Origin: a virus
DNA length: 64,000 bases
Direction: 5' to 3' (one strand)
Virus record (IMG/VR): IMGVR_UViG_3300020404_000006
Numbering within the stretch: position 1 is the first letter of the stretch; each line of letters opens with the position of its first letter. A program made the translations under genes and the position numbers. Positions 26,237 to 35,981 of this stretch are shown piece by piece. The notes beneath the pieces are model-generated. The model was given only the letters and a program-made list of their open reading frames with translations, did no database searches and was not told the origin of the DNA.

Positions 26237-29200
26237 AATGATTGTTTAATTCTTTTTTCACATCATCAAGTTCAGTCTTGAGTTCTTTGATTGCCTCGAT
26301 AAGTACAGGAACTAACTTCTCATATTTAACAGTTAAGTATTCGTCAATAGGTCTGACTGCAACTGCCTCTGGGAAGATTTCTTGTACCTGTTGTGCAGAT
26401 ACACCCAACTGTTTGCCTTCTGGTAAGCGTAATGACCTACCTTCCTCGTTAAATTCGTATGTGAATCCACTTAACTTACAAACCTTGGCGACTGCACCTT
26501 GAATCTTCTCAATGTTAGTTTTCAATCTCATGTCAGATGCGAAGGCAGTGATGTCTCCACTAACAGATAGATTATTACTATTTGCATTGAAGGTCAAACC
26601 ACCATCTGATCGTATTGATTGATTACCACTTGAACCACCAAGCATAACTCTCAACGATCCAGATGCACCAGAAACATTAACTTGTGATGCGGAACCAGCG
26701 TTACCAGTGATATTACCAGTGATGCTACTACAGTTGATAGCAGCAACCGACAGTGTAGTTCCGTTAAATGTGAAGTTAGAACTAGATGTGGTGCTGTTGT
26801 TTGCATTATTGTAAGGAACTCTATTTGAACCGATAGCAATGTTGGATGCCAATGTTGCAGTATCAGCGTTACCTGAGAATCCACCAGAAGCAGTGAATGA
26901 TCCAGTAACAGTTAGGTTATTAATGGTAGAAGAACCAGTAATATTAGACCCACCAGCAGTTAGTCCGTTAGGGAAAGCACCTGATCCGCCTTGGAATATA
27001 CCAGTTGCAGTGATGTCCTTGACTTTCGTACTACCATTAGAGTCTCTACCCATAATAGATGCACCTGATGTCCAGTTGCTGTCTATCATTGTAAGACCAT
27101 CAAGTAAGTCAGCGTTCAAGTTTACACACTTGACACTAGATGATGTCTTGATAGGAGGTACGTTTGTTGCGATTGACTCAAACTGGAATGACTTGATCTG
27201 TCCAGCAGGACCTGCATCAATACTCATGTTTGCATTACCACCAGCACTTAGGGCAGTAATAATACCAACATCAGCGGTGATCTTAGGAGCAGCAAGTCCG
27301 TCACCGCCTGGACTCATATTGATTCTCGCCATTGTCATAGCGAAACCAGTGATACAAGTGTAAAGACCAGCGTTAGCAAAGATGGTCAACTGTTCTGACT
27401 CTACGCCAGGGTTGGGACCATATTTACTACCAATGTATCTTGTAAGTAAACCATCAGAATCAACATCATTCGAGAAGTATGCGTCAGGTCCGATTAAGTC
27501 ATCAGTAAATGTGATGTCTGTGGATGTAAGTTGATCTATGTTTGCAACTTCAATGTCAGCAGAACCAGTATTAGGAACTATTAAGTTAGTAATTGTGGCG
27601 TTAGTGACTGTCTCGTTAGCAATAGTCGCACTGTTTGTTACTTGTAAGTTAGTAGTGATACCTGTGAATACTCTGTTCTCATTGACATATTGTGTGCCTA
27701 CATGAGATAGAGTTGTAATACCAATATCAGCATACAATCCGTTAGTAACTACACCAACTGTGACGTGCAGATCAGTGATAATACCAGCAGTTGCATACAA
27801 ATCTTTCTTAACTGAAAGTGTATCAATACCAGAGTTAATGGCATTAACAAACGTACCATTAAACGTACCACCATCACACTCTAAGTTACCAACCTCCAGT
27901 GTGCCTGTGATTGTACTTACACCTGAGAATGTGGACTTATAAGGTCCTTCAATATGAATTGCAGATGCAGGCTTGAAGGTTACATAAGTACCAACAAATT
28001 CTGCATTGTAAAGTCTAGATGTACCCGCCTCATGTACCTGTGTGTAGAAACCATGTTGCTCCCAAGGGATTCCATCATAGGAAATACCACCTGTGGTATT
28101 GTATCCCCAGAAGTTTGCGTTCTTCTTGATGACCAATGTGTCATAAGACACACCAGCAAATGACTGGTTGGCAGCGAAGGTAACGATACCTGATACAAAC
28201 AAGTCTTTGATCTTGGCAACACCATTGACCTCAAGTGAATCCTTGAAGTTAAATATACCAACTCCAGACTGTCCAATACCAATCTGATCAAACTTGTAGA
28301 ATGATCTGTCTCTCTCCTGTGATACTGCACCAAATCTTCTCCATTCACCCTCTGCAAAGATGTGACCTAAGTATCCACCAGCGTTAGGAACACCAACGAA
28401 TGAAATATCACCTGATCTTGCAGCAGTTAATGGTGTAGAGATACCAACTGTGAACACTTTACCCTGTGGGGCATCTCCTCTAAGAGATAAGTTTACAGTC
28501 TCGATACCATCAGCAGATGTGTTAGTGAGTTTCTCTGTCATGTTGACAGGACCATAGAACTGTGATGTTCTATTGTTGTTGTCTCCACCCTCAACTGTGA
28601 GTGATTCTCTAATCAATACTTCATCAAATACACCTGATGCTCTCTTGATTGTCTCTGCCTCAGCATCGTCACCAACATAGGTGAACACTGGCGCTTCAAG
28701 AACTTCCTCTTCACCTGTAATAGATGATAACTTCTTATATCCTGTGAAGAAGTCTCCAGAGTCGTTCATACCAGTATAAACAACTGTACCACCGTCTAGT
28801 TCTTTCTTCTGAGCAGATAATGTCTCTTGATCTGAAAGAACTCTGTCCTGTTTCTGTGGTAATGATGTAGAGTAGTTTCCTGATCCATAACCAAGATACT
28901 CAAACGTATGACCAGATGCACGAAGGATCGAAGGCCTACGAAGTTCCATGGCAAGAACCTTGATCTTCTTGATCGTAGTTCCTGTTATGGCAGGCGATGC
29001 CAGTGTACCAAACTGACCTCTAAGGATATTGTTAATGTTGTCAGAGGTGAATCTTACAACTTCACCGTTAATTATACAGTAGTCTCCTCTTCTGAATCCT
29101 TCAGTAGATGACAATGTAATGGTAGTATCAGTGGATGTTAGCGGAGCATTGATTGTAGTAGAAATACCTGTATAGAAATAGGAAGATCTACCAGCAAGAT

Positions 29201-32200
29201 TGTTCTCACCAGCACTCAATGACTTACCGTTTGCAGATATACCAGTACCAAACAGTCTGTTGTCATTTATTGAGTATGATGTATCAATACCAGATGTGAT
29301 AATACCAACGTTGAAAGTAATACTTCTAAGTGGTAAACCATCCTCTACACCATCAACAACTAACTTTCTGTCATCAAACAGTGGGTTTCCTGTTCCTTGA
29401 ATTACGAATCCGTTGCCTGGAACAAGTGCGTGGTTGTTATCTGTTCTGACTGTTGTAAGTCCTGTCTCTCTCGAAACATCAATGTAAGTAACACCAACAC
29501 CAATGTTTGCTAAGTGATAAGTTGGTTGTCTCCTATCATCTCTACCTGTAAAGTATGGATCAAGATTTCTTGAAGTTCCAATCTCAACAGAAATAGACTT
29601 GGATGAAGGAACATCAACAATTTTGAATGTACCATTCAACTTAGGATCTTCAAAACCAGAGAGATTCAATCCATCTCCTATGTTTGTAAAGATAGAGGTA
29701 ACTGATACCACACCAGCGACACTAGGAGCACCAGCAGGGAATGAAGATACAGTCATGGTATTACCGATACCATAACCACAACCACCATCTAATAGTGATA
29801 CACCAGTAATTGTACCAGCAGCAGAGACTGTGATCTTAGCAGAAGCATTTCTACCGAGCAAAGCAGAGTTCTCAAGGTCTGCAGCATAGATTACAGTTGC
29901 AATACCTGATCCATTGTTGTATCCAGCGCCAGGATTGACAATACTTAGACCCTTCACAGAGTTAAAGTTATGTTCAACATCAGTGAATAGAGTAACAGTT
30001 GTGTTACCTGTACCAGTAATTACTGCACCAGTAGCAGCAAAACCTACCTGTTGTCCCTGCATGAAGTATCCAAGAGACTCTTTGGTGATAGATTTCTTCT
30101 TATCGTTAGTGATAACTTCACCGATAACTGCCGCACTAGAATGAGTGATAGTGGGTTCTGGATCAGAATCGTAGTTATCTCTGTCTTGTTGTGGATATAG
30201 ATTTCTTACGTCTTGCTGGAAAGACTTAGTAGATACACCAAATCCAAGATCCTTATCAAGTGGGATAGATGCACAAACCATAGTGATGTTGTACACACCA
30301 TCTTGTCCAGATGTGCCAGGCACATGAGGTTTGTTCTCTTGTACTCTGTAAACTGTGAAACTATCGAGTGCCTTTGATCTCTGAACTGTGGGTAATGCTT
30401 CGATCTGTTGTTGAGTAGTTCTCTGGTTTACCTGATTAAGGAATAGGCCTGGATCTGTATTGATACCAGTGACAGTGAACTTCTTAGTTGAAATAACATT
30501 ATCAACACCAAACTCACCATTATATCCTAATCTAAATGTTCCTAGACTATTGTTGACACTATCAATATTCCTGATAGTAACAATATCGCCTTTCTGTAAT
30601 CTATGTGGTTCTTCAGTTGTATATGAAATGGTTTGAGCACTGTAAGATGCCGTCTTGATAATCTTGACGTTCTTAAGTTGAGTTGGGTTACTCAAGTCTG
30701 CACTCAAGAATGATGCACTACTTACACCAACTGTCTTAGACTCTTGTAGAATGAAACCAGGCTTCGGAGCACGAGCATTGATATGTTCTTTTGGAATGAC
30801 ATATCTAATTCTATACAGTCTGTCGAGTAGAGATCTATTGTCAACTCTTCTCTTGAGGAATGTAGTTCCTGTTTCCTCTCCAATCACACCAACACCAATA
30901 GTATTGATAGCAGAGAAGATAGTATTGTCAGCAGTGCTTGAAGAACCAGTTAGATACCAACCACCAACTGTGTTAGGAATACTATTAATAGTATAAGTGG
31001 TTTCATCATACTGCATTGGGTGGCCTGGATCGCCAGGATTCTTATCTGATACAGTAGATCTTATTCTTAACTTACCACCACCATTTGAGATACCAGTGAT
31101 AGGTCGTCTAGCAATAGCATCGTTGAATGTAGATGCTAATTGGATTCTGTCCGCAGCAAGTGTACCACCAGAGATTGCAAAGTAAATCTTATCGTTGATG
31201 ATACCACTTGGAGTTTCACCAGTATTACTGAATACTCTGACCTTCTCACCATTTACAAGTTGATGATTGGTCTTGAACTGTAATACGTTAGAAATAATGG
31301 CGTTGACACCAGAGTTTCTAATAACTTCATACTCTTTGAATCCAGAAGTTCCAATACCACTAGGAACTTGCATGAAGATAGGAGATTCATATGTCTCCTG
31401 TACTGCCTGTCCAGATAAAGTATTAACCAAACTCAAGAATAATTTGTCATCAACTCTTGCACCAACTTTGAATGAATCAATCTCTGCTGGAGGAACTATC
31501 TCTTCGTTGTTGTAACTAAACAGATAGAATCTATCAGTTACACCAACACCAATAGTTTTTCTAGTGTCAATAGTCAACCAAGATACAGTAGAGTCCTCTC
31601 TTACAATTTCTCTTGGTGGAATAACGTGAGTAATGTAACCTACATCATCTCTGTCGAATGATACTGGACGGAAACCTGTAGACTCAAGAGCAGTCTGTCC
31701 AAAGTTAGAGTTAGAGTTGGTAATTGATGCGTCACCGCCTCGTTCTGCGTGGAAGTGTCTAGCATATGCAATAGCGAACACTGACACCAACTGGATAACA
31801 GAATTATTCCTAGTCCTCATGTGTGAGGTTTCATAATTCGGTTTGTATATTGCCCTTGAGTTAGAGTGTAGTGGTTTATCTGACTCTGATACTGTAGTAG
31901 TATCATTAAAGATTGCAGTTGTAGGATTATATAAGATGAAAGCGTTGTCGTCTTTCTGAATTGAAATACCAGTGAACTGAGCACAAACCATAGATTTGAA
32001 ACCAGTTGCCTTGTCTCCATCACAATCCAATCCGTTCATACCAAATACGGAACGGAGTGATACGTTAAAGATATATGGAGAAGCAGATCCAACAGTATCA
32101 GACTCAACTACAACACTAGAGTTCTGAATTTCTTGTGGTGTTGGTAATGCGTTAGCAGGAACATTTGGGGTTTGAACTGTGAACTGAGTATTACTTGTAA

Positions 32201-33215
32201 CTTCATCTACAAGGAATGAACCATTGTAGGAGTTGATTGCAGTTGTAATACCAGTAATCAAGACAGGAGTATCTTTGAATAATCCATGTGACTTGTTAGT
32301 ATTGATAGTCAGAGTTGCCGTTGGTGTGTTACCATCACCAGCCCTGATAGATGTAACACCAACTGGATCAGTTTGTAAGTCACCAACGATTCTAAACTCA
32401 TCAACACTAGGTTCAAAGTCATCAAATGTAGGATAGTCTCCAACTGGTCTACCAGATGAGTCTCCATATGCCTTTGCAACCTTGAAGTAGAACATATCAA
32501 GGTCTGTCAATCCACTGTCTGTGCCATCAATCAAGACGTTGTTTACACCATCAGCATAAGTAAATGTTGCTAACTTATGGTGTGAGTATGAAGGGGTTTT
32601 TCTATTACTATCATAATCATAGTATGCAAGCTTGGTGATGTCTGCATCAAAAATGGTGAAGGCAGTGAAATAACAAGTACCTGTAACTCTAAGAACACCA
32701 CCATATTCCATGGCATCATTCTGAGGATCAGGAACATAAAGTGGTCTTAGTTTGGTTTTACGAAGATCTAAACCAATGATAGATGTACCACGAGGCATGA
32801 TAGCACCACCTTCGGTACTATTATACTTGTATAGTTCGTTATTAGGATCTAGAACATCAAAATTACTTTCTGTTGTAAACTGTTCTAGAGAAGTTACTTG
32901 ATATCCAGCGTTCTTTCTGCACTTAAATTCTGCGTTACCACCACTATTTGTAACAGTAAATCCAGGCCTGTTGTCAATATAGTGTACGCCAGGATATGCT
33001 AAGATAGTTGTTCTGTCTATCTTATCGTTATTCTTACCAACTTGATATGAAAATCTTGCAGCCTCAATCAGCGCCCTCTGTATAGTTTTGAAGGGTCTTG
33101 TCTGAGAGTTACCTCTGTTTTCAATACTATCAGTCGCGTCAAAGTCACTAGGGTTTACATAGAGTATATTACCCTCAGCGTTCTTTAGAAAGTTTTCTAA
33201 TCTTGATAGAGGCAT
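26205..33215 (-). CDS. Giant virion structural / tail-fibre protein with C-terminal peptidase S74 chaperone domain
   Basis: 2336 aa; MPLSRLENFLKN cyanophage-type N-terminus; GIST/VTT beta repeats; SDMRLKTNIEKI...VKYEKLVPVLIEAIKEL S74 signature; CTAAATA late box at 33248-33254. Confidence 0.8.
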   Translation of the reverse strand: MPLSRLENFLKNAEGNILYVNPSDFDATDSIENRGNSQTRPFKTIQRALIEAARFSYQVGKNNDKIDRTTILAYPGVHYIDNRPGFTVTNSGGNAEFKCRKNAGYQVTSLEQFTTESNFDVLDPNNELYKYNSTEGGAIMPRGTSIIGLDLRKTKLRPLYVPDPQNDAMEYGGVLRVTGTCYFTAFTIFDADITKLAYYDYDSNRKTPSYSHHKLATFTYADGVNNVLIDGTDSGLTDLDMFYFKVAKAYGDSSGRPVGDYPTFDDFEPSVDEFRIVGDLQTDPVGVTSIRAGDGNTPTATLTINTNKSHGLFKDTPVLITGITTAINSYNGSFLVDEVTSNTQFTVQTPNVPANALPTPQEIQNSSVVVESDTVGSASPYIFNVSLRSVFGMNGLDCDGDKATGFKSMVCAQFTGISIQKDDNAFILYNPTTAIFNDTTTVSESDKPLHSNSRAIYKPNYETSHMRTRNNSVIQLVSVFAIAYARHFHAERGGDASITNSNSNFGQTALESTGFRPVSFDRDDVGYITHVIPPREIVREDSTVSWLTIDTRKTIGVGVTDRFYLFSYNNEEIVPPAEIDSFKVGARVDDKLFLSLVNTLSGQAVQETYESPIFMQVPSGIGTSGFKEYEVIRNSGVNAIISNVLQFKTNHQLVNGEKVRVFSNTGETPSGIINDKIYFAISGGTLAADRIQLASTFNDAIARRPITGISNGGGKLRIRSTVSDKNPGDPGHPMQYDETTYTINSIPNTVGGWYLTGSSSTADNTIFSAINTIGVGVIGEETGTTFLKRRVDNRSLLDRLYRIRYVIPKEHINARAPKPGFILQESKTVGVSSASFLSADLSNPTQLKNVKIIKTASYSAQTISYTTEEPHRLQKGDIVTIRNIDSVNNSLGTFRLGYNGEFGVDNVISTKKFTVTGINTDPGLFLNQVNQRTTQQQIEALPTVQRSKALDSFTVYRVQENKPHVPGTSGQDGVYNITMVCASIPLDKDLGFGVSTKSFQQDVRNLYPQQDRDNYDSDPEPTITHSSAAVIGEVITNDKKKSITKESLGYFMQGQQVGFAATGAVITGTGNTTVTLFTDVEHNFNSVKGLSIVNPGAGYNNGSGIATVIYAADLENSALLGRNASAKITVSAAGTITGVSLLDGGCGYGIGNTMTVSSFPAGAPSVAGVVSVTSIFTNIGDGLNLSGFEDPKLNGTFKIVDVPSSKSISVEIGTSRNLDPYFTGRDDRRQPTYHLANIGVGVTYIDVSRETGLTTVRTDNNHALVPGNGFVIQGTGNPLFDDRKLVVDGVEDGLPLRSITFNVGIITSGIDTSYSINDNRLFGTGISANGKSLSAGENNLAGRSSYFYTGISTTINAPLTSTDTTITLSSTEGFRRGDYCIINGEVVRFTSDNINNILRGQFGTLASPAITGTTIKKIKVLAMELRRPSILRASGHTFEYLGYGSGNYSTSLPQKQDRVLSDQETLSAQKKELDGGTVVYTGMNDSGDFFTGYKKLSSITGEEEVLEAPVFTYVGDDAEAETIKRASGVFDEVLIRESLTVEGGDNNNRTSQFYGPVNMTEKLTNTSADGIETVNLSLRGDAPQGKVFTVGISTPLTAARSGDISFVGVPNAGGYLGHIFAEGEWRRFGAVSQERDRSFYKFDQIGIGQSGVGIFNFKDSLEVNGVAKIKDLFVSGIVTFAANQSFAGVSYDTLVIKKNANFWGYNTTGGISYDGIPWEQHGFYTQVHEAGTSRLYNAEFVGTYVTFKPASAIHIEGPYKSTFSGVSTITGTLEVGNLECDGGTFNGTFVNAINSGIDTLSVKKDLYATAGIITDLHVTVGVVTNGLYADIGITTLSHVGTQYVNENRVFTGITTNLQVTNSATIANETVTNATITNLIVPNTGSADIEVANIDQLTSTDITFTDDLIGPDAYFSNDVDSDGLLTRYIGSKYGPNPGVESEQLTIFANAGLYTCITGFAMTMARINMSPGGDGLAAPKITADVGIITALSAGGNANMSIDAGPAGQIKSFQFESIATNVPPIKTSSSVKCVNLNADLLDGLTMIDSNWTSGASIMGRDSNGSTKVKDITATGIFQGGSGAFPNGLTAGGSNITGSSTINNLTVTGSFTASGGFSGNADTATLASNIAIGSNRVPYNNANNSTTSSSNFTFNGTTLSVAAINCSSITGNITGNAGSASQVNVSGASGSLRVMLGGSSGNQSIRSDGGLTFNANSNNLSVSGDITAFASDMRLKTNIEKIQGAVAKVCKLSGFTYEFNEEGRSLRLPEGKQLGVSAQQVQEIFPEAVAVRPIDEYLTVKYEKLVPVLIEAIKELKTELDDVKKELNNHCGCEGCHGKA

Positions 33216-33272
33216 TGCACCAACAACCTATAAAATTTCTTCTAACCTATTTAGACAGGATCAAATGACTAT

Positions 33273-33974
33273 CTATAAGAACAGTCTTTGACTCAACCTC
33301 ATTTCCTCTTCATACATGCCTGCCGTAACAAATGGTGCTTGCAACATATCAGCGGGAATAATAATCGCTCTATTGTATTCCATACCAAACATCATACATT
33401 GTTTCCATGCAAGAACTGATTCATAAACATCTTTTCTAAGTGAGAAAGCATCAGCATCTGCATACATATTCTTCATGTCCTCTTGAACAGAAGTCTTTCC
33501 AGCAAATGACCAAACATCAGTGCCACCGCAGTTGGGCATATTTTTATTGAGAAAAATTTCTATGGTAAATTGAAATGGACTTGGGTTTTCTGCATAGTAA
33601 ACTTGATGTGGTAGTAACTGTAATGGTTGTTTAGCAACAGTATCTTGGTCAATCCAATCCACTAGGAATGGCATGAAATCCATGTTCTTCTCTACAAAAC
33701 TTCTATCTGTTGGTCTACCCCAGAATTGGTCATCATAGAGTAATTCTTTGAATAATCTTTCAGTGTTCTTCCGTAACTCCTCAGTTTCAAGAACTGATCT
33801 AGTTCCTGAGTGATGATTAACTAATGGTATATCTTCTCTCTTTGGTAATCTAAGTGCCAGATTCCTTATCTCATCAGGATTCTGGTAAAAATTATCTATC
33901 AACATAGCAGACCTATTCTCAGGTCCTATCTCATTGATAGCAACAACTTCTAACTTTTCACTTAATTCAAACAT
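33273..33974 (-). CDS. DUF6445-like 2OG-fold protein with degenerate metal ligands
   Basis: MLIDNFYQNPDEIR, GGTDVW, MEYNRAIIIP; HxD replaced by HQV and distal H by Q. Confidence 0.55.
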   Translation of the reverse strand: MFELSEKLEVVAINEIGPENRSAMLIDNFYQNPDEIRNLALRLPKREDIPLVNHHSGTRSVLETEELRKNTERLFKELLYDDQFWGRPTDRSFVEKNMDFMPFLVDWIDQDTVAKQPLQLLPHQVYYAENPSPFQFTIEIFLNKNMPNCGGTDVWSFAGKTSVQEDMKNMYADADAFSLRKDVYESVLAWKQCMMFGMEYNRAIIIPADMLQAPFVTAGMYEEEMRLSQRLFL

Positions 33975-34155
33975 CTTTGTTTCTTTCTTCTACTAAATGT
34001 TCAACTTCTGAGGCAACTTTGTCCATAACCTCTCTCACATTAGTTCCTGATCCAGAGGTGTGGTAGTAATTCTGCCCTTCGGGGGCATAATGTCTGGTGT
34101 GAAGTGTCCAATGCCACTCTTTAATATCTTTTGAATACCAGAATTGTAATCTCAT
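33967..34155 (-). CDS. Small hypothetical protein
   Basis: 62-aa ORF just downstream of the tmRNA. Confidence 0.55.
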   Translation of the reverse strand: MRLQFWYSKDIKEWHWTLHTRHYAPEGQNYYHTSGSGTNVREVMDKVASEVEHLVEERNKDV

Positions 34156-34173
34156 GAGTGTTTTAATTTATAT

Positions 34174-34478
34174 AGGAGGGGGCAAAGCCCCCACAGTCAC
34201 TTGGTTAACAAGGAGTGACTAATCCCCGATTGCCCCTTAGGCAGTGACGAGTTCGTCAGTGCGGGCAAATTCTCTTGTGAGAACACGAGAGAATGCTACG
34301 ATGTTGTTCGCAGCGGTGTCGATGTTATTAGCATCTGTGTTTTGCTTATCCAAGCAGGTTTTCAGTCATGTTCCGTATACCCTGTCGAAGCCTGGGCATC
34401 CCCTTGAATGGAGATGAGGGGAATCGAACCCCTGTCCAGAATGTCGGTGACACCACCTACATGTCTTTTTGAGTCATA
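34174..34478 (-). ncRNA. ssrA: Circularly permuted (two-piece) tmRNA
   Basis: Minus strand reads acceptor piece ...GGACAGGGGTTCGATTCCCCTCATCTCCA (ends 34408), a 4-nt spacer, then coding piece AGGGATGCCCAGGCTTCGACAGGG (starts 34403) with G3:U70; tag frame ANNIVAFSR... like cyanobacterial tags; outer ends approximate. Confidence 0.92.
34237..34332 (-). other. tmRNA tag reading frame ANNIDTAANNIVAFSRVLTREFARTDELVTA*
   Basis: Translated by hand; GCT at 34332 and GCG at 34311 are in frame; TAA at 34239-34237. Confidence 0.85.
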
Positions 34479-34486
34479 CATCAGGA

Positions 34487-35077
34487 CTATACAATCCATG
34501 ATATCCACGAATATCTGACTCCTTTTGTAACTGGAGTCACTTCATGTGGAAACAAGTACAATGCTGGAAATACTAACACACTTCCCTTCTTTATATTGAC
34601 TGTGTGTTCCTTCCAAAACCTAAACTCACCTCCTTCAAAATCGTCATTCAACACACCCACCACACTGGTAACAGGTATGCCTCTAAATTGTCCTTGAAAG
34701 AAATCTCGTATATGATCGTAGTGAGGACTCAAATAATCGCCAACATTATACTTATTAAATTTTATACCTGAGCAAGCTTCCCAAAATGAACCGCTAGTTT
34801 GACCCTCCTCAACATCATAGTAATTATATTTTTCATGAAAAGCAGCAAACAACTCACCATTTATATGTGGTTGTATTATGTTTGTAGCCTCTGGAGCAGT
34901 TACGGTTGATTGCATATTTGATTCTTTATCAATATCAACCTGTTCAAAGTCCTGATACCACGAGAATTCACCCCATTCACGAGAATCTAAAAGAGATACT
35001 ATCTGATCACATTCCTGATCAGATAGCAAATCATATTCAAATATGTGGTCTTTAAGATTCGGGTATTTTAGGACCAT
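34487..35077 (-). CDS. 2OG-Fe(II) oxygenase, prolyl-4-hydroxylase-like
   Basis: LSPHYD ... DDFEGGEF ... LFPHEVTPVTKGVRYSWISW. Confidence 0.85.
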   Translation of the reverse strand: MVLKYPNLKDHIFEYDLLSDQECDQIVSLLDSREWGEFSWYQDFEQVDIDKESNMQSTVTAPEATNIIQPHINGELFAAFHEKYNYYDVEEGQTSGSFWEACSGIKFNKYNVGDYLSPHYDHIRDFFQGQFRGIPVTSVVGVLNDDFEGGEFRFWKEHTVNIKKGSVLVFPALYLFPHEVTPVTKGVRYSWISWIV

Positions 35078-35201
35078 CTTTTAACACCTTCTTGCCAGTT
35101 TGTTTGGCAATATATGCCGCTAGTTCTGGAGTTTCTTCCCACTCCCAGATTTGGTTATGTTGTGGATTCTTCTTTTGAATCGTGAGTGTGCGTTTTACCA
35201 A
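35052..35201 (-). CDS. Small protein (WEWEETPEL motif), TTG start
   Basis: GGGAGG SD upstream of TTG at 35201; 49 aa. Confidence 0.45.
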   Translation of the reverse strand: MVKRTLTIQKKNPQHNQIWEWEETPELAAYIAKQTGKKVLKDGPKIPES

Positions 35202-35457
35202 TTTCAACCTCCCTAGATAGAACTTCGATTTCTTTTTCAAGGCCAATGATCCGAAGTTCTGCATCATTAGCCGATCTTTCCAGAGCCCTAACACTGGAAG
35301 AAATTTTTGCAATCTCAGCACCGAAGGCATCTATGTTTTGCAAAAGTAAATTGTTGCCAAATGTTTGAGGATGTCCCTTCTCTGCGTAGGCAGTATCTTC
35401 TACTTCCTCACACTTCTTAAGATATTCCTCCTTTGACATTCTGTTGTTGTCAGTCAT
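35155..35457 (-). CDS. Coiled-coil hypothetical protein
   Basis: ORF track; coupled to the upstream gene. Confidence 0.55.
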   Translation of the reverse strand: MTDNNRMSKEEYLKKCEEVEDTAYAEKGHPQTFGNNLLLQNIDAFGAEIAKISSSVRALERSANDAELRIIGLEKEIEVLSREVEIGKTHTHDSKEESTT

Positions 35458-35981
35458 GAGTATTCCATGTAAATGTTTCCAGATATTGTAGTTCCCTCAT
35501 TGCCTGAGTTGACCATGTGCATGAGGAATGATGGGAATATAATTATACTCCCAGGCTCCAGATTCGGTTTATAGTCTAACGGAAACTGGGGCAAAGTGCA
35601 ACCAAAATGGTTCTGAATGTTATGAATTGAAGGATTAAAAAATGCAGTTCTTGATGTCACATCAACATATATCACATAACTCCATTGACTTTTAGGATGT
35701 ATGTGAGCATCTTGGTAATCATGTTTCTTATAAACATTCCTCCATATATGTCCAAACCTTGCGTTCTTTCCCATCAGTTGTGCTGAATAGAGATTTCTCT
35801 CTACCACACCAGATAAGTAACCCCAGATTGATTCTGGAATCTCTTCTTGTTTCTGCGATGAGAAACTAGACATAACTCCAGAATCCCAAGTGGGTTCTAA
35901 GGGAGCAAGAGGAATACAATCAAATTTAGTTACATCAACCTGATCATGAAAGATAGGTATTCCAAAGATTTCTTGTTTCAT
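35454..35981 (-). CDS. Putative 2OG-Fe(II) oxygenase (TIGR02466-like)
   Basis: QDAHIHPKSQWSYVIY ... IFPSFLMHMV ... TISGNI. Confidence 0.8.
   Translation of the reverse strand: MKQEIFGIPIFHDQVDVTKFDCIPLAPLEPTWDSGVMSSFSSQKQEEIPESIWGYLSGVVERNLYSAQLMGKNARFGHIWRNVYKKHDYQDAHIHPKSQWSYVIYVDVTSRTAFFNPSIHNIQNHFGCTLPQFPLDYKPNLEPGSIIIFPSFLMHMVNSGNEGTTISGNIYMEYS

Noticed and set aside
34405-34440. A tRNA gene
   Set aside because: Only a T-arm and 3' acceptor strand are present here; the D-loop-like part follows downstream and leads into a tag frame, which is the permuted tmRNA layout.
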